Shown piece after piece: positions 61,343-64,000 of a stretch of DNA of 64,000 bases; position 1 is the first letter of the stretch, and each line of letters begins with the position of its first letter. The position numbers were made by a program, and so were the translations under genes. Below the pieces are notes generated by a model. That model saw only the letters and a program-made list of their open reading frames with translations. It searched no databases and was not told the origin of the DNA. Source of the DNA: Alphaproteobacteria bacterium (GTDB lineage: Bacteria; Pseudomonadota; Alphaproteobacteria; Rs-D84). The DNA lies in NCBI GenBank assembly GCA_017443235.1, contig JAFSOV010000018.1, positions 11,180 through 75,179 on the forward strand, written 5' to 3'.

Positions 61343-63130
61343 CTACACTTTCAGTGCGTTGATAAACGCGGATTGTGGTATTTCAACATTACCGAACGTC
61401 CGCATGCGCTTTTTACCCTCTTTCTGCTTCTCCAAAAGTTTCCTCTTTCGCGTGATATCCCCGCCATAGCATTTTGCGGTCACATCCTTGCGATATGCCG
61501 CGATTGTTTCACGCGCAATGATTTTTCCACCGATTGCCGCCTGCAGCGGTATTTTGAATTGATGTCGTGGAATCAAATCTTTTAATTTTTCAACAATTGA
61601 CCGACCACGTTTTTCGGCCGCCGACCGATGGCACATAAATGATAACGGTTCTACATTTTCTTCATTGACCAGAATTGAAACCTTGACCAAATCTGATGGC
61701 TGATAATCTTGCACTACATAATCAAACGATGCATAGCCCGAAGATATCGATTTAACCCGGTCATAAAAATCGAATACAATTTCTGCCAACGGCAAGCGAT
61801 AAACCAAAACCGCCCTGTTGCCAACATAAGAAATATTTTCTTGGACGCCGCGCCGTTCCGAACACAGTTGCATAATTCCGCCCATATATTTATCGGGCAT
61901 CATAATTGTTGCGCGCACCCACGGTTCTTCAATCGATTCGATTCTTGTTATATCGGGCATATCGGCGGGATTTTCCAAATCGATGATTTCGCCATTACGC
62001 AAATGAACCTTGTACAACACACTAGGGACCGTATTTATCAACGCCAAATTAAATTCCCGCGCCAATCGTTCACTGATAATCTCCATATGCAGCAAACCCA
62101 AAAAACCGCACCGCAATCCAAACCCCAACGCCGAAGATTTTTCGGTTGTGAATACAAAAGACGCATCATTTAACGCCAATTTTTCCGCACTTTCACGCAG
62201 GTTTGGATAATCGTCCGATTCCACCGGAAAGAACGAAGAAAACACCACCGGCACAGACGGTTTGAATCCCGGCAACGCATCAACCATCGCACGCGAATCG
62301 GCAATTGTATCACCAACCCGGCAATCGTGAATTGTCTTCATTCCCGTGATAATAAATCCAATTTCACCGGTCGATAATTCATCAACATTGACCATTTTTG
62401 GCGTAAAGTACCCAATCTTTTCCACGGTATATTCCGCCCCGGTTGCCAAGAATTTTATTTTCTGGCCGCGGCGCAGTGTGCCATCAACAACGCGCACCAA
62501 CACCACCACCCCCAGGTATGAATCATACCAAGAATCAACCAACAATGCCCGCGTTGGTGCATTTTCATCGCCCATTGGGGCGGGCAATTTATGAACAATT
62601 TCTTCCAATAATTCCGGAACCCCGGCACCCGTTTTACCGGACACCGCCAATGCATCATTTGCATCCAACCCAATGACATCTGCGATTTGTGCGCGCGTCG
62701 CGTCAACATCACTGGACGGTAAATCAATCTTGTTCAAAACCGGCAACATTTCCAAATCATTATCCAACGCCAGATATGCATTCGCCAGTGTCTGCGCCTG
62801 GACACCTTGGGTCGCATCAACCAAGACCAGTGCGCCTTCGCACGCGGCCAATGAACGCGACACTTCGTATGAAAAATCGACATGGCCCGGCGTATCCATC
62901 AAATTCAACTGATACATTTCGCCATTTTTGGCGCGGTAATTCAAACGAACCGTTTGCGCCTTTATCGTAATTCCGCGCTCGCGTTCGATGTCCATAGAAT
63001 CCAACACTTGGGCCTTCATTTCGCGCGATTCAAGTCCCCCCGTGTATTCAATCAAACGATCCGACAGGGTTGATTTCCCGTGATCAATATGCGCAACAAT
63101 TGAAAAATTTCTAATATGGCTCTGTTTCAT
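61343..63130 (-). CDS. lepA: Translation factor LepA (EF4)
   Basis: [41 protein letters not shown]. Confidence 0.98.
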   Translation of the reverse strand: MKQSHIRNFSIVAHIDHGKSTLSDRLIEYTGGLESREMKAQVLDSMDIERERGITIKAQTVRLNYRAKNGEMYQLNLMDTPGHVDFSYEVSRSLAACEGALVLVDATQGVQAQTLANAYLALDNDLEMLPVLNKIDLPSSDVDATRAQIADVIGLDANDALAVSGKTGAGVPELLEEIVHKLPAPMGDENAPTRALLVDSWYDSYLGVVVLVRVVDGTLRRGQKIKFLATGAEYTVEKIGYFTPKMVNVDELSTGEIGFIITGMKTIHDCRVGDTIADSRAMVDALPGFKPSVPVVFSSFFPVESDDYPNLRESAEKLALNDASFVFTTEKSSALGFGLRCGFLGLLHMEIISERLAREFNLALINTVPSVLYKVHLRNGEIIDLENPADMPDITRIESIEEPWVRATIMMPDKYMGGIMQLCSERRGVQENISYVGNRAVLVYRLPLAEIVFDFYDRVKSISSGYASFDYVVQDYQPSDLVKVSILVNEENVEPLSFMCHRSAAEKRGRSIVEKLKDLIPRHQFKIPLQAAIGGKIIARETIAAYRKDVTAKCYGGDITRKRKLLEKQKEGKKRMRTFGNVEIPQSAFINALKV

Positions 63131-63219
63131 TCCTTGCCTTTAACACTAACCACTATTCACTATCTGCGGCAATGATACACTCGTATAGAACGGTTTGCAA
63201 GGCGAAAATTCAGGAATTT

Positions 63220-63570
63220 TTATTTCAAATTATCCAACAAATCATCTATACGCGATGCGCGTTCCAAAGAATCATCATACGTAAATCTTATTTGCGGGAC
63301 ATATTTTTGGTCTAACCTTTGCCCCATTTGAAAACGAATCGTCCTTGTTTCAATATCCAATCGGCGTTGCACAGTATCTATATCATCCGTATGACAATGA
63401 AAGAACAGCCGCACAAATTGCAATCCGCCACGCGCGACCGAACCAACCAAAGACACACCCGACAATACCGGATCATCGGCATAGTTGTCACGCAAAATTT
63501 CCGCCACAATGGTTTGCACCTTGGCGGCGACACGTTCATTACGATTTGAATCAGATTTTATTTTTGGCAT
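63220..63570 (-). CDS. rbfA: Ribosome-binding factor A (divergent)
   Basis: R.ERVA..V...VAEIL N-terminus and KYVPQIRF.YDDSLE...RID.LL C-terminus. Confidence 0.85.
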   Translation of the reverse strand: MPKIKSDSNRNERVAAKVQTIVAEILRDNYADDPVLSGVSLVGSVARGGLQFVRLFFHCHTDDIDTVQRRLDIETRTIRFQMGQRLDQKYVPQIRFTYDDSLERASRIDDLLDNLK

Positions 63571-63639
63571 TTTATGTTTCCATTGTTTTATTTATAATCT
63601 AACGGTATAATATATTAAAATTTGTGCAAGGGAAAATTT

Positions 63640-64000
63640 ATGAAACTGTCTGAATACCTGTTATCACGTGCAGAAACCCGGGGTTATACCTGGTTGGTAT
63701 TTTTAATGACGGTTTGCGAATCGATATTTTTATTTATTCCACCCGAAGTTTTTATGACCCCACCAATTATTGCGAACAAGAAACGCGCGGTGCCGGTTGT
63801 GTTGGCGGCAACATTGGGTTCAATTGTTGGCGGCATTATATCGTACTGTATCGGTCTGTGGGTGTTCGATTCGGTCGGGGTTTGGTTGATTGAACATTTT
63901 GCAAGTCCGGAAAAATTCGAATTGGCGCAAAGTTTATTCATCAAACACGGTGTATTCATAATCTTTTTAACGGCGGTGACGCCAATTCCATATAAATTGA
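63640..64000 (+). CDS. YqaA/DedA (VTT domain) membrane protein, runs off window end
   Basis: Translated by eye: ESIFLFIPPEVF...ATLGSIVGG..SY.IG...TPIPYK. Confidence 0.85.
   Translation, partial: MKLSEYLLSRAETRGYTWLVFLMTVCESIFLFIPPEVFMTPPIIANKKRAVPVVLAATLGSIVGGIISYCIGLWVFDSVGVWLIEHFASPEKFELAQSLFIKHGVFIIFLTAVTPIPYKL

Overview
A 64-kb chromosomal segment. The ribosomal proteins and the RpoA C-terminus ([17 protein letters not shown]) look alphaproteobacterial. The many Cys-rich exported proteins and a choloylglycine-hydrolase-family gene suggest an uncultured gut-associated lineage (inference only). The centre holds the str/S10/spc ribosomal cluster and a split alpha cluster on the minus strand (rpsL to rplQ). 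Also present: tRNA-Gln(CTG), tRNA-Pro(CGG), mltG, fabF/acpP, lepA, rbfA, three tandem paralogous outer-membrane barrels, and a group of large Cys-rich exported proteins. The best signal is a putative ~2.5-kb invertible cassette (about 23453-25939). It is bounded by two inverted 28-bp dif/XerCD-like sites that lie in frame within coding sequence, and inversion would swap the C-terminal half of an 889-aa Cys-rich exported protein for an alternative C-terminus with hydrophobic helices. A second candidate system is a DUF559 endonuclease gene flanked by direct-repeat doublets of a palindromic REP-like family, with smaller palindromic elements nested in the loops of these repeats. All calls are by eye from sequence motifs; no searches were run.
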